From the NCBI GenBank assembly GCA_035293825.1, contig DATGMC010000009.1:20290-44289 (forward strand): 24,000 nucleotides of DNA. The letters run 5' to 3'. Source of the stretch: Bryobacteraceae bacterium. GTDB lineage: Bacteria; Acidobacteriota; Terriglobia; Bryobacterales; Bryobacteraceae. Under the pieces are notes generated by a model, which worked only from the letters and a program-made list of their open reading frames with translations, did not search any database and had not been told where the DNA came from. A program made the position numbers and the translations under genes. Of this stretch, positions 1 to 10,020 are shown in pieces; position 1 is the first letter of the stretch, and every line of letters starts with the position of its first letter.

Positions 1-99
1 CGGGTCCGGGATAGGACCGTCGTTTGCAAAACAAGCGGTAGTCACAATGCAGGCCAAAATTCCGGCGCGTACACTACGATTCAATCGGTTCATGGACAT
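1..99 (-). CDS. Possible 5' end of a secreted or lipoprotein-like protein; the gene continues past the left edge
   Basis: Absent from the ORF track because there is no stop in the window. A minus-strand ATG at 99 (second ATG at 93) opens a frame that stays open to base 1: MSMNRLNRSVRAGILACIVTTACFANDGPIPDP. This has a basic n-region, a hydrophobic core and a Cys, so it resembles a signal peptide. The only SD-like element (AAAGGA) lies about 12 nt upstream, which is poor spacing. Only 33 codons are visible. Confidence 0.3.
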   Translation of the reverse strand, partial: MSMNRLNRSVRAGILACIVTTACFANDGPIPDP

Positions 100-252
100 T
101 ACGGGTATCGATCCTTTCTTTGCTCCCGGCCAGTACGGTGGTGTGCGGGCAGGCTCGAAACTCTCAACAAAAATTGTGGCCGGAACAGGTCGGATATTCC
201 CTAGGCTTTCGCTCCATACCCGCCTGCACCGCGTTTTGGATTAAGTAAAGTT

Positions 253-279
253 GAACCAAATCGGCTGTCATCCGTCTGT
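253..279 (+). promoter_or_regulatory. Candidate ECF (RpoE/AlgU-type) sigma factor promoter upstream of htrA
   Basis: GAAC (253-256), a 16-nt spacer, then CGTCTGT (273-279), on the htrA strand about 150 nt upstream of the ATG at 428. This matches the generic ECF pattern GAAC-N16-CGTC and the AlgU/RpoE form GAACTT-N16/17-TCTGA. It is a motif match only. Confidence 0.3.
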
Positions 280-427
280 CTTGCAGGAAGGAGCGATGCG
301 CACGCGAAGGAAGCAGTACTGACGAACCAATCAGCCGTACCTGGTTTCGCTTCGACCCCAAAACCGGCGTGAGCAAAACTCGATTTTCTCTATACTGAAA
401 GGTAACCGCCTCAGAAGGGCTTTCTAC

Positions 428-2044
428 ATGCCGTTCCCGAAATACCTGAAGCAGCCGAAACTCCTGAGCTTCGGTTTACTGCTCATTACGCTGCTGAGCG
501 GGATTCTGATCGGGACCGTCATTAACACCGGCGTGCGGGCCGAGCATCAGGCACCCAATCCAGCCGCCCGCGATGCCACGCCGCTCAGCATTCCCCAGGC
601 TGTTCCGATCGCCAACGAGTTCACGAAACTCACCAAACGCGTCGAGCCCTCGGTCGTGTATATCGAATCCGACTATCTGGCCAAACCAGGCCGGCAGAGC
701 GCCCGGCGCAACGAGAATTTCGACGAGGACAACGGCGACGAGCCCGCTCCCAAGCAGCAGCGCGATCCCTCCGACATGTTCAAGAAGTTCTTTGGCAACG
801 AGGAGCAGCCGCGCTCGTTCCGCAGCGAAGGATCCGGTACCGGGTTTATCGTCGATCGCAACGGCTACATCATCACGAATTATCACGTCGTCGAAAACGC
901 CGATAAGATCAAAGTGCGTCTGGCTGGAGACGATATCGACTACAAGGGACACGTGATCGGCTTCGATAAAGAAACCGACGTCGCCGTGTTGAAAATCGAT
1001 GCCCGGAAACCGCTCACGCCAGTTGAAATCGGCAATTCCGATAGCGTTCAGGTCGGCGATTGGGTCATCGCTATCGGTTCGCCCTTCGGGCTCCAGGCCA
1101 CGGTCACGGCAGGTATCGTTAGCGCACAGCGCACCGCCCGCGATCTGCCGGGCGCCGGGGCGTTCCAAAATTTTCTGCAAACCGACGCGGCCATCAATCC
1201 CGGCAACAGCGGCGGACCGCTGCTGAACATCCGCGGCGAGGTGATCGGTGTCAACACCATGATTGCCACCCACAGCGGATCGTATGAAGGTATCGGCTTT
1301 GCTCTGCCCTCGAATCAGGCTGTTAAGGTCTACAACGACATCATTCGGGAAGGACGTGTGGTGCGGGGTTCCTTCGGGATTCAGTGGTCGCCCGGTGGTA
1401 GCCAGGCTGACACCTTACAGGCATTCGGCCTCGATCACGGCGTCCTCGTGGACAGCGTGAATCCCACTGGTCCGGCCGGAAAAGCCGGTATGAAGCCCGA
1501 CGATATCATCGTTTCGATGAATCACGAGCCGGTCAAAGACGGGCAGGAATTAGTCACCAAAGTCGCCGACATGCCGATCGGTTCGGTCGCACTGGTCACG
1601 GTCGATCGCGACGGCAAACGTCTCGATCTTAAGGTTGCAGTGGCTGACCGCTCGGTTGTCTGGAAGGATCGCCTGGAAAGCGAAGACCGGCCCGAAGCAC
1701 CCGCTCCGTCCTCCCGGCCAACGACTCGTCCTGCTAAGTTCGGCATCACCATCATGCGGCTCACCGATCGCGAACGCAGAGATCTGCAGATCGCCGATAA
1801 AACCGGCGTGAAGGTCGTGGCAGTCGATCCCGGATCTTTCGCCGACGACATTGGCATGGCCGAAGGCGACGCCATTCTGTCCATCAATCGCCAGCCCGTC
1901 ACTTCCACCGAAGATGTCACCCGCGCCCAGGCGAGCATCAAACCCGGTCAACCGGTCGCTGTCCATATCGTCCGCAACAGCACGCCCGGAAAAACGCCTG
2001 AGCCGCAGCGCTTATATCTCTCCGGCCGGCTGCCGGAAGACTAA
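428..2044 (+). CDS. htrA: HtrA/DegP-family periplasmic serine endoprotease with an N-terminal membrane anchor and two PDZ domains
   Basis: 538-aa ORF. N-terminal hydrophobic segment LLSFGLLLITLLSGILIGTVI. Trypsin-fold triad contexts are ITNYHVV (His), ETDVAVLKI (Asp) and TDAAINPGNSGGPLLN (Ser). Two PDZ-like segments follow: GVLVDSVNPTGPAGKAGMKPDDIIVSMN... and GVKVVAVDPGSFADDIGMAEGDAILSINRQPV.... Confidence 0.93.
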   Translation: MPFPKYLKQPKLLSFGLLLITLLSGILIGTVINTGVRAEHQAPNPAARDATPLSIPQAVPIANEFTKLTKRVEPSVVYIESDYLAKPGRQSARRNENFDEDNGDEPAPKQQRDPSDMFKKFFGNEEQPRSFRSEGSGTGFIVDRNGYIITNYHVVENADKIKVRLAGDDIDYKGHVIGFDKETDVAVLKIDARKPLTPVEIGNSDSVQVGDWVIAIGSPFGLQATVTAGIVSAQRTARDLPGAGAFQNFLQTDAAINPGNSGGPLLNIRGEVIGVNTMIATHSGSYEGIGFALPSNQAVKVYNDIIREGRVVRGSFGIQWSPGGSQADTLQAFGLDHGVLVDSVNPTGPAGKAGMKPDDIIVSMNHEPVKDGQELVTKVADMPIGSVALVTVDRDGKRLDLKVAVADRSVVWKDRLESEDRPEAPAPSSRPTTRPAKFGITIMRLTDRERRDLQIADKTGVKVVAVDPGSFADDIGMAEGDAILSINRQPVTSTEDVTRAQASIKPGQPVAVHIVRNSTPGKTPEPQRLYLSGRLPED

Positions 2045-2067
2045 GCCGGACTGCTTCGTCGGAATCT

Positions 2068-4491
2068 TCACTCGTTTCGCAACGCCGTTATCGGATCCAC
2101 TCGCACCGCCCGCCACGCCGGTACCAGGCTCGCGAGCAGTCCCGCCGCGCTCAATATAATCGCGGTCACGGCGAAAGTAGCGGGATCGAGCGCACTCACC
2201 CCGAACAGCTGTGCCGAGGCGATTCGCCCCAGCAGCGCCGCACCCGCTACGCCCGCCACAATCCCTACTGCCACCAGCCGCATGGCCTGCCCGATGATCA
2301 GCGCCAGGATGCTGCTTCGCTCCGCGCCGAGTGCCGAGCGAATTCCAATCTCCCGAGTCCGCCGCGCCACGCTGTAGCTGATCACTCCATACAGCCCAAG
2401 AGCCGCCAGCAGCAGCGCACTCGCCGCAAAAATCATCAGCAATCGCGCCGCAAACTGCTGCGGCCCGAGAGCCCGCGAAATTCGCTCCGGCATGCTCGCA
2501 AAATCAAAAACAGCCTGCGCCGGATCGGCATTGCGCACTGCTTCCCGGATTGCGCGCGCGAGTTCTGTCTCTCGCAGCCGGCCGCGCACCACCAGAAACG
2601 TATCCGCCATCGGCTGCTGATACAGGCAGAAATAATAAGCACCGCGCCCCGTATCCGCTGCCAGGCTCGCTTGCTTCACATGCCCCACAATCCCCACAAT
2701 CCGCGCCCATGCTCCGCTTCGCCTCAGCCGCTGCCCAAGAGGATTTTGGTTCGGCCAATAGCGCTGCGCCAGCGCCGTATCGATAATGGCGACCGGTTCG
2801 CCCCGAGCCGTGTCGCCATCATTGAAAACACGGCCTGCGATCAACGGAATCTGCAGCGCCTTGAAATACTCCGGTGTCGTGTAACGCGAAGAACCATGAA
2901 AACCCGGATCGCCCGGCGTCTGCACCCGGCCTTCGATGGAGAAGGAAGCGGTCGGATCTCCCCAGCCGCCCGAAAAAGGCACAACATTCACTGCTGCTGC
3001 CGCCGAGATCCCCGGCGTCTGCTCCAGGTGATCGATTACCGTGCGATAGAACGCCGCGCGCTTTTCGTTGTCCTTGTACTCGGGTGAGGGCAGCGCGATC
3101 GAAGCCGTCATCGTACCGCGCGGATCGAATCCGGCTTTGACATTGCGCAGGTTCGAGAGGGTCTGAAACAGCAGCCCCGCGCCCACCAGCAAGATCAACG
3201 CCAGCGCAATCTGTCCCGCCACCAGTGCCGACCGCAGGGTCTGCCGGTGCGCGCCTTCGGTCTGCGAGCGGCTGCCTTCTTTCAGCTGATCGTAGCTCTG
3301 GCCCAGCCGCGATGTGTTCCAGGCCGGAACCAGCCCGAACAGCAGCGCGGAAATGACTCCCGCACAGACCGCAAACAGCAGCACATGCGCATCGATCGCG
3401 ACCACCAGCGTCGTTCCCAGCTGCACCTGCGCGAGCGCCAGCAATCCGCGCAGAATCCCGTACGCCAGTAACAGCCCAGCCAGAGTCCCAGCCGCGCCCA
3501 GCACAAACGATTCAGCGAGCGCCTGCCCGATAAGATCCCCGCGGTTCGCACCCAAGGCCGTACGAATCGCCAGTTCGCGCGCCCGCCCCGTCCCGCGCAC
3601 CAGCAACAGACCCGCGATATTCGAACAGGCAATCAGCAGCACCAGCGCTACCGCACCAAGCAACAGAAAAATCGGCCGCTTCAGATTGCCCGCCGTGTAT
3701 TCTGTGAACGGCTCGATCACCATGCTCCACTGCGCGCCCCGCGCATACGGAACCACGTCGAGCACACGATTCGACAGCGCCTGCACGCTCGCCACGGCAC
3801 GCTCATATGTCACGCCGGGCGCCAGTCGCGCCGCTACAAAGTAGTTTTCGTTGAATCGATTATCCGGCCCATACTCGCCCGCTGCCAGCCCGATCGGCAT
3901 CCACAAATCCGCCTCCGCCGGCCAGCGAAAATCGCGCGGCATCACGCCCACTACGCGATAGGGCGCTTTGTTCAGATCCAGACTACGCCCGATCACCGCG
4001 CGATCGCCGCCAAACAAGCGCTGCCATGCGGCATAAGAGAGCACAACCACATGGTTCGCTCCCGGCTGATCCTCCTCGGCATGGAAACCCCTCCCGAGCA
4101 GCGGTTTCGCGCCGAACACATCGAACCACTGCCAGCTCACCAATCCAGCCTGCAGCCGCTCGGCCGATCCGGTTCCGGCGTAATTGAAGTCCTCCACGTC
4201 GAGCAGCGCCGCTTTCGAAAACACCGCCCGGTCCTCGCGTATGTCCGCAAAGTCCGTCGCCGACATGCCGATCTTGTCCAGGTTCAGCTTCTTGTAGTCC
4301 ACCCGCGGCGCTATCAGCCGTCCCGGATCGGCCACGCCCGCCGGATGGAACAGCAAACTGTTCACGACACTGTAAATGGCCGTGTTGGCGCCAATACCGA
4401 GTGCCAGCGATAGCACCACCGCCAGGGTAAATCCCGGACTCTTACGTAACGTCCGAACCGCATAACCAATGCCTGTGCGCGCAGCCGTCAT
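2068..4491 (-). CDS. ADOP-type (acidobacterial duplicated orphan permease) MacB/FtsX-family ABC transporter permease
   Basis: Long ORF 2068-4551. The N-terminus has the family signature [38 protein letters not shown]. Two periplasmic-domain-plus-FtsX 4-TM modules are present, with a second repeat near [24 protein letters not shown] prefer the ATG at 4491 ([17 protein letters not shown]...) over the GTG at 4551. The ATG gives the usual short lead-in before LRK and leaves about 65 bp for divergent promoters. No ABC ATPase gene is adjacent. Confidence 0.88.
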   Translation of the reverse strand: MTAARTGIGYAVRTLRKSPGFTLAVVLSLALGIGANTAIYSVVNSLLFHPAGVADPGRLIAPRVDYKKLNLDKIGMSATDFADIREDRAVFSKAALLDVEDFNYAGTGSAERLQAGLVSWQWFDVFGAKPLLGRGFHAEEDQPGANHVVVLSYAAWQRLFGGDRAVIGRSLDLNKAPYRVVGVMPRDFRWPAEADLWMPIGLAAGEYGPDNRFNENYFVAARLAPGVTYERAVASVQALSNRVLDVVPYARGAQWSMVIEPFTEYTAGNLKRPIFLLLGAVALVLLIACSNIAGLLLVRGTGRARELAIRTALGANRGDLIGQALAESFVLGAAGTLAGLLLAYGILRGLLALAQVQLGTTLVVAIDAHVLLFAVCAGVISALLFGLVPAWNTSRLGQSYDQLKEGSRSQTEGAHRQTLRSALVAGQIALALILLVGAGLLFQTLSNLRNVKAGFDPRGTMTASIALPSPEYKDNEKRAAFYRTVIDHLEQTPGISAAAAVNVVPFSGGWGDPTASFSIEGRVQTPGDPGFHGSSRYTTPEYFKALQIPLIAGRVFNDGDTARGEPVAIIDTALAQRYWPNQNPLGQRLRRSGAWARIVGIVGHVKQASLAADTGRGAYYFCLYQQPMADTFLVVRGRLRETELARAIREAVRNADPAQAVFDFASMPERISRALGPQQFAARLLMIFAASALLLAALGLYGVISYSVARRTREIGIRSALGAERSSILALIIGQAMRLVAVGIVAGVAGAALLGRIASAQLFGVSALDPATFAVTAIILSAAGLLASLVPAWRAVRVDPITALRNE

Positions 4492-4511
4492 GTGAGTGGT
4501 AACGCAATCGG

Positions 4512-4528
4512 TGCTGAATTGTTCAGCA
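4512..4528. promoter_or_regulatory. Perfect 7-bp inverted repeat TGCTGAA-TTG-TTCAGCA between the divergent ADOP permease and TBDR-1; candidate operator
   Basis: Read directly from the sequence: 4512-4518 TGCTGAA, a 3-nt spacer, 4522-4528 TTCAGCA. It is intergenic only if the permease starts at 4491. Confidence 0.25.
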
Positions 4529-4556
4529 TTTTGTTGGCTCGTTTGCCGCACACCGT

Positions 4557-7500
4557 ATGCTGGGTTTCATGTCATCGCGGGGAGCGCTGCTCAAAATCTT
4601 ATTGCTTTTGACCGGCGCGCTCGGCCTGTTGCGCTTCGCATCGGCCCAGACGACGCCCGCCACCTTCGACTGGACCGGCTCCGTCCGTGACGGGTCGAAC
4701 CGCCCGGCCGCCAAAGCTGTCGTTGAGCTGCGTTCTTCCAGCCAGCACTTTCACGAGCAGGCGAACGATGCCGGAACGTTTCACATCCCGGGTGTTCTTC
4801 CGGGCAGCTACCGTTTGTTCGTCGAATTCAACGGGCAAGCGTTCCAATCCACGCAGCCTCTCGCCTTTCCACTGGCCGGACCTTCGGTTCTGACGCTCGC
4901 TGGCGACGGCTCCGTCCGTCTCGACCCGAGCGCTGCCGCCCAGCCCGGCGCCACGCTCTCGAGCAGTTCCGTGACCGCGATCCCGCTCAATAAACGCGAT
5001 TTCAGCCAACTTCTGCTCCTTGCGTCGGGCACCATGACCGACACCAACGGCACCACCAATTTCACCCAGCAGTTCGCCATCAACGGGCAGCGCGGTGTAG
5101 AAGCCGTCTTTGCCATGGACGGTGCTGATACCAGCGATCCCGAAATGGGCGGCGCCACCATGTCGAACTTCAACGTCGATGCAGTGGAAGAAATTCAGTC
5201 GCAATCCGGCTGGATGCCCGCCGAGATCGGCCTGGGTGCCGCCGGTTTCACCAATATCCTCACTCGCGCCGGCACCGATGCGCTGCACGGATCACTGTTC
5301 GAATTTCTGCGCAACTCCGCGCTCGATGCCCGCAATTTCTTCGATCGCCGCACGCCTGAAAATCCCGACCGTATACCGCCTTTTCGCCGCAACGAGTTCG
5401 GCTTCACGCTCGGCGGCCCTGTGCCCTGGCGCAATGCCTCCAGCGGGACTCAATTCTTCCTCGAATACCAAGGCTTCCGCCAGGTGCTCGGCACAACCCA
5501 GGTGTTGGCCGTGCCCACCGCAGCCGAGCGTGCCGGTATCGATACCACCGCTTACTCCGGCGACACGCTTTTCGTTCCGGTAAACCCGACGATCTCCACG
5601 CTCCTCAACCGCTATCCGCTCCCAAACGACCCAACCGGAGCATTCGGCGTCCGCACCTACTCCACATCTTCGAAAGTGATCACCGACGCCGATCAGTTTT
5701 CCGCACGGCTCGATCGCCAGCTTTCTCCGCACGACCGCCTCTCCGCGCGCTTCAGCTGGGACAACCTGAAAGGCCCCACCACCAACCCGGACCAGACCGC
5801 CATCGACCCCAGCTGGGGAATCACCTACATCGACCACCAGCGCAATGCTGTTCTGAAGTGGGCACACACTCCTTCGGCCACCTTCAGCGCCGAATCCTCT
5901 CTCAGCTTTACCCGCACCACTCCGCAATTCCCGACCGCAAATCACACCGATCCATCCCTGATCTTCGGCGATGCGCTCTACGAAGCCTTCGACTCGGCTG
6001 CCGGTTCCATCACAGCCTCCTTCGGCAATCTCTTCGAAGCGCAGCAAAATTTCACCTGGACGCGCGCCCGGCACACTCTTAAAGCCGGCGGGCTCGCCAT
6101 CGCCAACCGCGACACGAGTTACTTCGGCATCGCCGCCAACGGCCAGTACACCTTCGGCGGCGGCCCCGCTTTCGCCACCGCCAATATCCGTTCCCTTAGC
6201 GGCCTTCACGACATCAGCCCCGGCCAGCAGCTTCCCGATTCACTTACCGGCCTGCTGCTCGGCAGCGCCTTCTCCTACACGGTCGCGGTCGCCCCCGCAC
6301 AGTTCCCGCAGGGCGATCAGATCGGCGTCGCTGCCGTGTCGCGCTATGGTGTAAACGCCTACTTCGAAGACACCTGGAAAATCAGCCCCAGCCTTCTTCT
6401 CGACTACGGACTGCGTTACGAACTCTATTCGCCGCTCAGCGAACGCGCCCACCGCACCGCCGGATTACGCTTTGCGGACACATCCCGGGGCCCCGAGCAG
6501 TTCTATCTCATCAATCCCGAGCCGCGCTATCGATGGCTGGGCAACAACTGGGGTCCGCGCGTACGCCTGAGCTGGCAGCCGGCGCACGATCTATGGATTC
6601 GCGCGGGTGGCGCGCTCTCCACCATTCCACCCAACCTCTGGCAGGACAACTCGCTCACCGGTGCCGCGCCGTACGTCGATTACCCGCGCCTTACCGCCTC
6701 GCCAGCAGCACCGGTACGGATTGGCACTCGCGTTACGCCTTCTGATCTACCGCCGGTCTACTCGCCCTCTGGACAAGACATACTTGCCTCGGGCAACTCA
6801 AAAGCCGTTCCGGCCAATACCGTGTGGGACGTCAACCGCTTCGAACGAGAACTCGCGGCGACCACCGGCAGCGCCATCTCGCCCCTCAACGCCAACGCCA
6901 TCTCGCCCGATTTCCGCAACGCCCTCCTCGGCACCTGGACCTTCAGCGTCGAACGCGCGCTCCATGGCCTCAGTCTGAGCGCCGCCTACATCGGCACGAC
7001 CGGCATCGACCTGCCAGCCGCCAGCTTTCCTAACGCTTATCCCGGCGCAACCGCGCAATTCGCGCCTTATACGCAGTTCGATCCCTCGGGCCAGATCACA
7101 GGCGGCTTCGGCACCGACATGGTCATTACCAATCGCTCGCACTCGACATTTCACTCGCTCCAGACATCCGCGCAAGGCTCACTCGGCCAGCTCGGGCCCC
7201 AGATTCAGGCCAGCTTCACCTGGTCGAAATCGCTCGACGACACCAGCAGCGTACTCGGTCCCGGAATCGGCAGCACCTCCGGCGCGACCGCACTCGCCTG
7301 GCCGCAGGATCCCTTCAACACTCGAGCAGACAAAGGACCCTCCACTTTCGACACCGAGCGCGTCTTCACCCTGACTCTCGTGCAGGACCTGCACGCCGAA
7401 CGGGCGCCGCTCATCCGCCATTTAGGTCGAAGATTGACCAGCGGCTGGCAACTGCTCAACATCTCGAGCCTCACCAGCGGCCTCCCGTTCACGGTCTACT

Positions 7501-7943
7501 CCGGAATTCAGCAAACCGGCGCAGGCTCGCAGGGCGCCGATCGTCCCGATCAGATCGCCACGCCTGACCTCTCGACCAGCCGCACCGTGCGCGAGGATTA
7601 TTTCGGCCTCGGCGCAAACAACTCATCCTTCTTCTCCATACCGGTTCACGTGTCCGCCGGCACCGGACCGAATCAAGGCGTATTCGGCAGTCTCGGACGT
7701 AACACGTTTCGCGGCCCTGCGCTCTACAACTACGATTTCGCCCTGATCAAGGACACGCCCTTTGAGCTCGCGCGTGCCCACAAGTCCGTCAACCTGCAAT
7801 TCCGCGCCGAGTTCTTCAATCTTTTCAACGTCGCCAATCTCGGCTTACCCTCAAACGTGCTCACCGGCTCCGGCTTCGGCATCATCAATCGCACCGCCGG
7901 CACATCCCGCCAGATTCAGTTTTCGATAAAAACCATGTTCTAG
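4557..7943 (+). CDS. TonB-dependent receptor-like outer-membrane protein with an N-terminal carboxypeptidase-regulatory-like domain (TBDR-1)
   Basis: 1128-aa ORF. Signal peptide [31 protein letters not shown]. CarboxypepD_reg-like segment [20 protein letters not shown]...GSYRLFVEF. Plug-like region [17 protein letters not shown]...INGQRG. Long beta-rich body ending in the barrel-terminal motif [11 protein letters not shown] (C-terminal Phe). Confidence 0.88.
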   Translation: MLGFMSSRGALLKILLLLTGALGLLRFASAQTTPATFDWTGSVRDGSNRPAAKAVVELRSSSQHFHEQANDAGTFHIPGVLPGSYRLFVEFNGQAFQSTQPLAFPLAGPSVLTLAGDGSVRLDPSAAAQPGATLSSSSVTAIPLNKRDFSQLLLLASGTMTDTNGTTNFTQQFAINGQRGVEAVFAMDGADTSDPEMGGATMSNFNVDAVEEIQSQSGWMPAEIGLGAAGFTNILTRAGTDALHGSLFEFLRNSALDARNFFDRRTPENPDRIPPFRRNEFGFTLGGPVPWRNASSGTQFFLEYQGFRQVLGTTQVLAVPTAAERAGIDTTAYSGDTLFVPVNPTISTLLNRYPLPNDPTGAFGVRTYSTSSKVITDADQFSARLDRQLSPHDRLSARFSWDNLKGPTTNPDQTAIDPSWGITYIDHQRNAVLKWAHTPSATFSAESSLSFTRTTPQFPTANHTDPSLIFGDALYEAFDSAAGSITASFGNLFEAQQNFTWTRARHTLKAGGLAIANRDTSYFGIAANGQYTFGGGPAFATANIRSLSGLHDISPGQQLPDSLTGLLLGSAFSYTVAVAPAQFPQGDQIGVAAVSRYGVNAYFEDTWKISPSLLLDYGLRYELYSPLSERAHRTAGLRFADTSRGPEQFYLINPEPRYRWLGNNWGPRVRLSWQPAHDLWIRAGGALSTIPPNLWQDNSLTGAAPYVDYPRLTASPAAPVRIGTRVTPSDLPPVYSPSGQDILASGNSKAVPANTVWDVNRFERELAATTGSAISPLNANAISPDFRNALLGTWTFSVERALHGLSLSAAYIGTTGIDLPAASFPNAYPGATAQFAPYTQFDPSGQITGGFGTDMVITNRSHSTFHSLQTSAQGSLGQLGPQIQASFTWSKSLDDTSSVLGPGIGSTSGATALAWPQDPFNTRADKGPSTFDTERVFTLTLVQDLHAERAPLIRHLGRRLTSGWQLLNISSLTSGLPFTVYSGIQQTGAGSQGADRPDQIATPDLSTSRTVREDYFGLGANNSSFFSIPVHVSAGTGPNQGVFGSLGRNTFRGPALYNYDFALIKDTPFELARAHKSVNLQFRAEFFNLFNVANLGLPSNVLTGSGFGIINRTAGTSRQIQFSIKTMF

Positions 7944-7965
7944 CGAGCTGCCTTTTTGCTGCGTA

Positions 7966-8463
7966 TCACCTCACGCCGCCCTGTTGCTCGAGTTTCATGA
8001 TCAACGTTCGGCAATACAAAAGCGGAATCGCTCCGAAAACACCGAAGCTGCAGTCGAGCAGTCTCCAGGCAAATGGGATGTGTCGAATGTGCCCGGCAAT
8101 CAGAGCCAGCGGCAAAACAGCCGCGCATGCAACCAAACCAAACGTCACCACCCATTTGTTACGCACCGGTTCACGATACGGCCCGATAAAGGCTAATGCG
8201 ATTACCAGGTGCGCGAACGCGAGCCAGTCTGTGCCGTACGCGAGGAAAGGATACCTTTCACCGGTTTCCGAAAGCGCGCGGGCGATTGTCTCCATCCAGG
8301 CTGTTAGCCCGAGTTTCAGCCCGACTGGTTCGAGCCATGGCTCATGCAGAAACCGCAACAGCATGTTCGCCTCCGCCCTGAGCGGAAAAGCCGTCAGCCC
8401 GCTCGCGACTAAACCGCACATGAAAATCGCGAGCGAGATCCGAATGCGTGCGAGTAGCTGCAT
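7966..8463 (-). CDS. Hypothetical polytopic inner-membrane protein (about 4 hydrophobic segments), probably co-transcribed with creD
   Basis: 165-aa ORF with an ATG start, 21 nt downstream of the creD stop on the same strand. Hydrophobic stretches: ISLAIFMCGLVASGLTAF, WLAFAHLVIALAFIG, VVTFGLVACAAVLPLALIAG, FGVFGAIPLLY. I recognise no family. Confidence 0.6.
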   Translation of the reverse strand: MQLLARIRISLAIFMCGLVASGLTAFPLRAEANMLLRFLHEPWLEPVGLKLGLTAWMETIARALSETGERYPFLAYGTDWLAFAHLVIALAFIGPYREPVRNKWVVTFGLVACAAVLPLALIAGHIRHIPFAWRLLDCSFGVFGAIPLLYCRTLIMKLEQQGGVR

Positions 8464-8484
8464 GCTGATATCAGTCCTGCTGCA

Positions 8485-9861
8485 TCAGCTCTGATCGGCA
8501 GCCCCGGCCGGCTGGGGCGAGCCGTACCAGTCTACTCGTCTCGTCAGATACATCAGCAGTGCAATTGCGAAAAAGCTGCTCAGCGCGCCGATTAACAGGC
8601 TGTTGTCCTCCATTCGCAGTAGCAGATAAATCAGCGAATACAGAATGCCGAAGATGCCAAACGACCAGAGGACACGCCGACTGCCCTCAAAGATCCAGCC
8701 CGCATTCACGGACAGAAGCGAAACCGTTGCGCCTGCTGCAAGCAGAAAACCGAGATCAAACCCGATTCGCTCCGACATCGACAAAAGCAACAGGTAAAAA
8801 ATGATTTGCGCGAGCCCGACCAGGACATACTGTGCCGGATGTACGCGCCTGGCCGTCGTCACCTCAAACCCGAAATAGCATAGAAAGACCAGCCCGACTA
8901 TGAGAAGCACATATTTCAGTGAGCGATATACGGACTGGTAAGGATCACCGAGCTGGACAAAGTAAAACCCCACTGCGGTCGCTTGTAGCCCGCTCAGCAC
9001 GTCGCCTGCTCCCGAGGCGCGCAGGCCACGCGCGGTGAACGGAATCATCCACTCGGCCCGAAAGCCTTTGTCGTTCACCGACCGGGTTACGGGGAGGACG
9101 CCACCGTCGAAACCGGGATTTCGCCAATCACCTTGCGCCAGCACATGAGTGGTCTTGCCATACGCCACAACCCCGATTCGTTCCGCGCCGGAGAACTTCA
9201 TGCTGGACACAACGTGAAAGGCCGAGGGCATCTTCCCGTCCGTCGCCATCTTCACGTCGGGCCGGGCCGCTAACAAGCCGCCTTTGAACGGCGCCTTTTC
9301 CCTGTTCTGCGATAACAACCGGTCGGACAGCTCCGAAGGCGCGAGCCCATAAATATGTCCGTCCAGCTCCAGCGTCGGATCCGCCAGTGCACCATGCAAA
9401 TCGCTCGCGCCCACGATAATTTCCGCGCGCGTCCAGTCGAATTCCGTTCCTGCGGGAGGCGCGAGAGCAGACGAATCGAAATCTGACTCCAGCTTCAGCT
9501 CCGCCGCGAATACCGGTACGCGGAACAGCGAGCGCTTCCGTTCCGTTGTCGCCACCTTCACCTCCGCCCTGGCCTGCTCGGGAAAAATGAGGCAAATACC
9601 GTCGCTCAGAGATCCGGCCGGCGCGCCGGTGGACGCCCGGTACGGCACGGCGAACACAGGTCCCATGAATATCTGCGCGCCCCCGACATGCGCGCTGATT
9701 TCCTTCGTCACCTCCGACGCTCGCTGCATGCGGTCCGTCACCAGTTCACTCACGAATAGCGCCGGAATTGTCATGGCGAGAGCCAATCCGCAGACGACCA
9801 TCAACTTCAGTCCCAAAGATCGGAGATCGCTTCCGCGATGACTGTTCTGGCGAGCGTTCAT
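8485..9861 (-). CDS. creD: CreD-family cell envelope integrity inner-membrane protein
   Basis: 458-aa ORF with an N-terminal TM, a large periplasmic region and a C-terminal TM bundle. The C-terminal block YRSLKYVLLIVGLVFLCYFGFEVTTARRVHPAQYVLVGLAQIIFYLLLLSMSERIGF aligns closely with the E. coli CreD block as I remember it (ATKYAILLIALTFMAFFVFETLTAQRLHPMQYLLVGLSLVMFYLLLLALSEHTGF). The ERKRSLF motif is also shared. Confidence 0.88.
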   Translation of the reverse strand: MNARQNSHRGSDLRSLGLKLMVVCGLALAMTIPALFVSELVTDRMQRASEVTKEISAHVGGAQIFMGPVFAVPYRASTGAPAGSLSDGICLIFPEQARAEVKVATTERKRSLFRVPVFAAELKLESDFDSSALAPPAGTEFDWTRAEIIVGASDLHGALADPTLELDGHIYGLAPSELSDRLLSQNREKAPFKGGLLAARPDVKMATDGKMPSAFHVVSSMKFSGAERIGVVAYGKTTHVLAQGDWRNPGFDGGVLPVTRSVNDKGFRAEWMIPFTARGLRASGAGDVLSGLQATAVGFYFVQLGDPYQSVYRSLKYVLLIVGLVFLCYFGFEVTTARRVHPAQYVLVGLAQIIFYLLLLSMSERIGFDLGFLLAAGATVSLLSVNAGWIFEGSRRVLWSFGIFGILYSLIYLLLRMEDNSLLIGALSSFFAIALLMYLTRRVDWYGSPQPAGAADQS

Positions 9862-10020
9862 TAGTCTGCTTCCGACTTACTTTATTCTATAAAGTACATT
9901 GCATAACTGGGACTGTCAAGCGTGCTTCCCTCGAATGCGCGACAAATCGCCGCAGAGCGCCCCGCGGTTCCCACGCTTCCGCCACATTTTCCACGGGGTG
10001 ATAAAACTAGAAAACGAGAT

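Noticed and set aside
306-316. GAAGGAAGCAG resembles the conserved domain IV core (GGAAGGAAGCAGCC) of SRP/4.5S RNA. I also looked for tmRNA, RNase P and 6S hallmarks in 1-427.
   Set aside because: The flanks cannot form the required helix 8 around a GNRA tetraloop. No GGAAAGUCCGG (RNase P) is present, and no tRNA-like acceptor/T-arm or tag ORF (tmRNA) exists on either strand. The match is too short to be meaningful. Only a covariance-model scan could settle it.
47-376. Track ORFs 47-244 (+) and 164-376 (-), plus an edge-open + frame spanning 1-204 in the left non-coding region.
   Set aside because: The translations look non-protein-like (for example ...HTRLHRVLD, ...CSGHNFC), with no SD and no motifs. 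The region has intergenic-like composition. Only the short minus-strand signal-peptide-like start at 99 was kept, at low confidence.
4492-4551. The GTG at 4551 as the ADOP permease start, as in the ORF track.
   Set aside because: It adds 20 non-family residues ([20 protein letters not shown]) and leaves only 5 bp between divergent genes. The ATG at 4491 fits the family N-terminus better. Neither start has a clear SD, so this remains a preference rather than proof.
9870-9881. The 12-mer TTCCGACTTACT upstream of the GMC operon matches TTCTGACTTACT at 21360-21371 upstream of TBDR-3 in 11 of 12 positions. Both lie on the + strand and are followed by TATA-like boxes.
   Set aside because: By rough estimate, a few 11/12 matches are expected by chance among the roughly 1 kb of intergenic sequence compared on both strands. 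The spacing to the TATA-like hexamers also differs (6 versus 2 nt). It is not significant without genome-wide enrichment.
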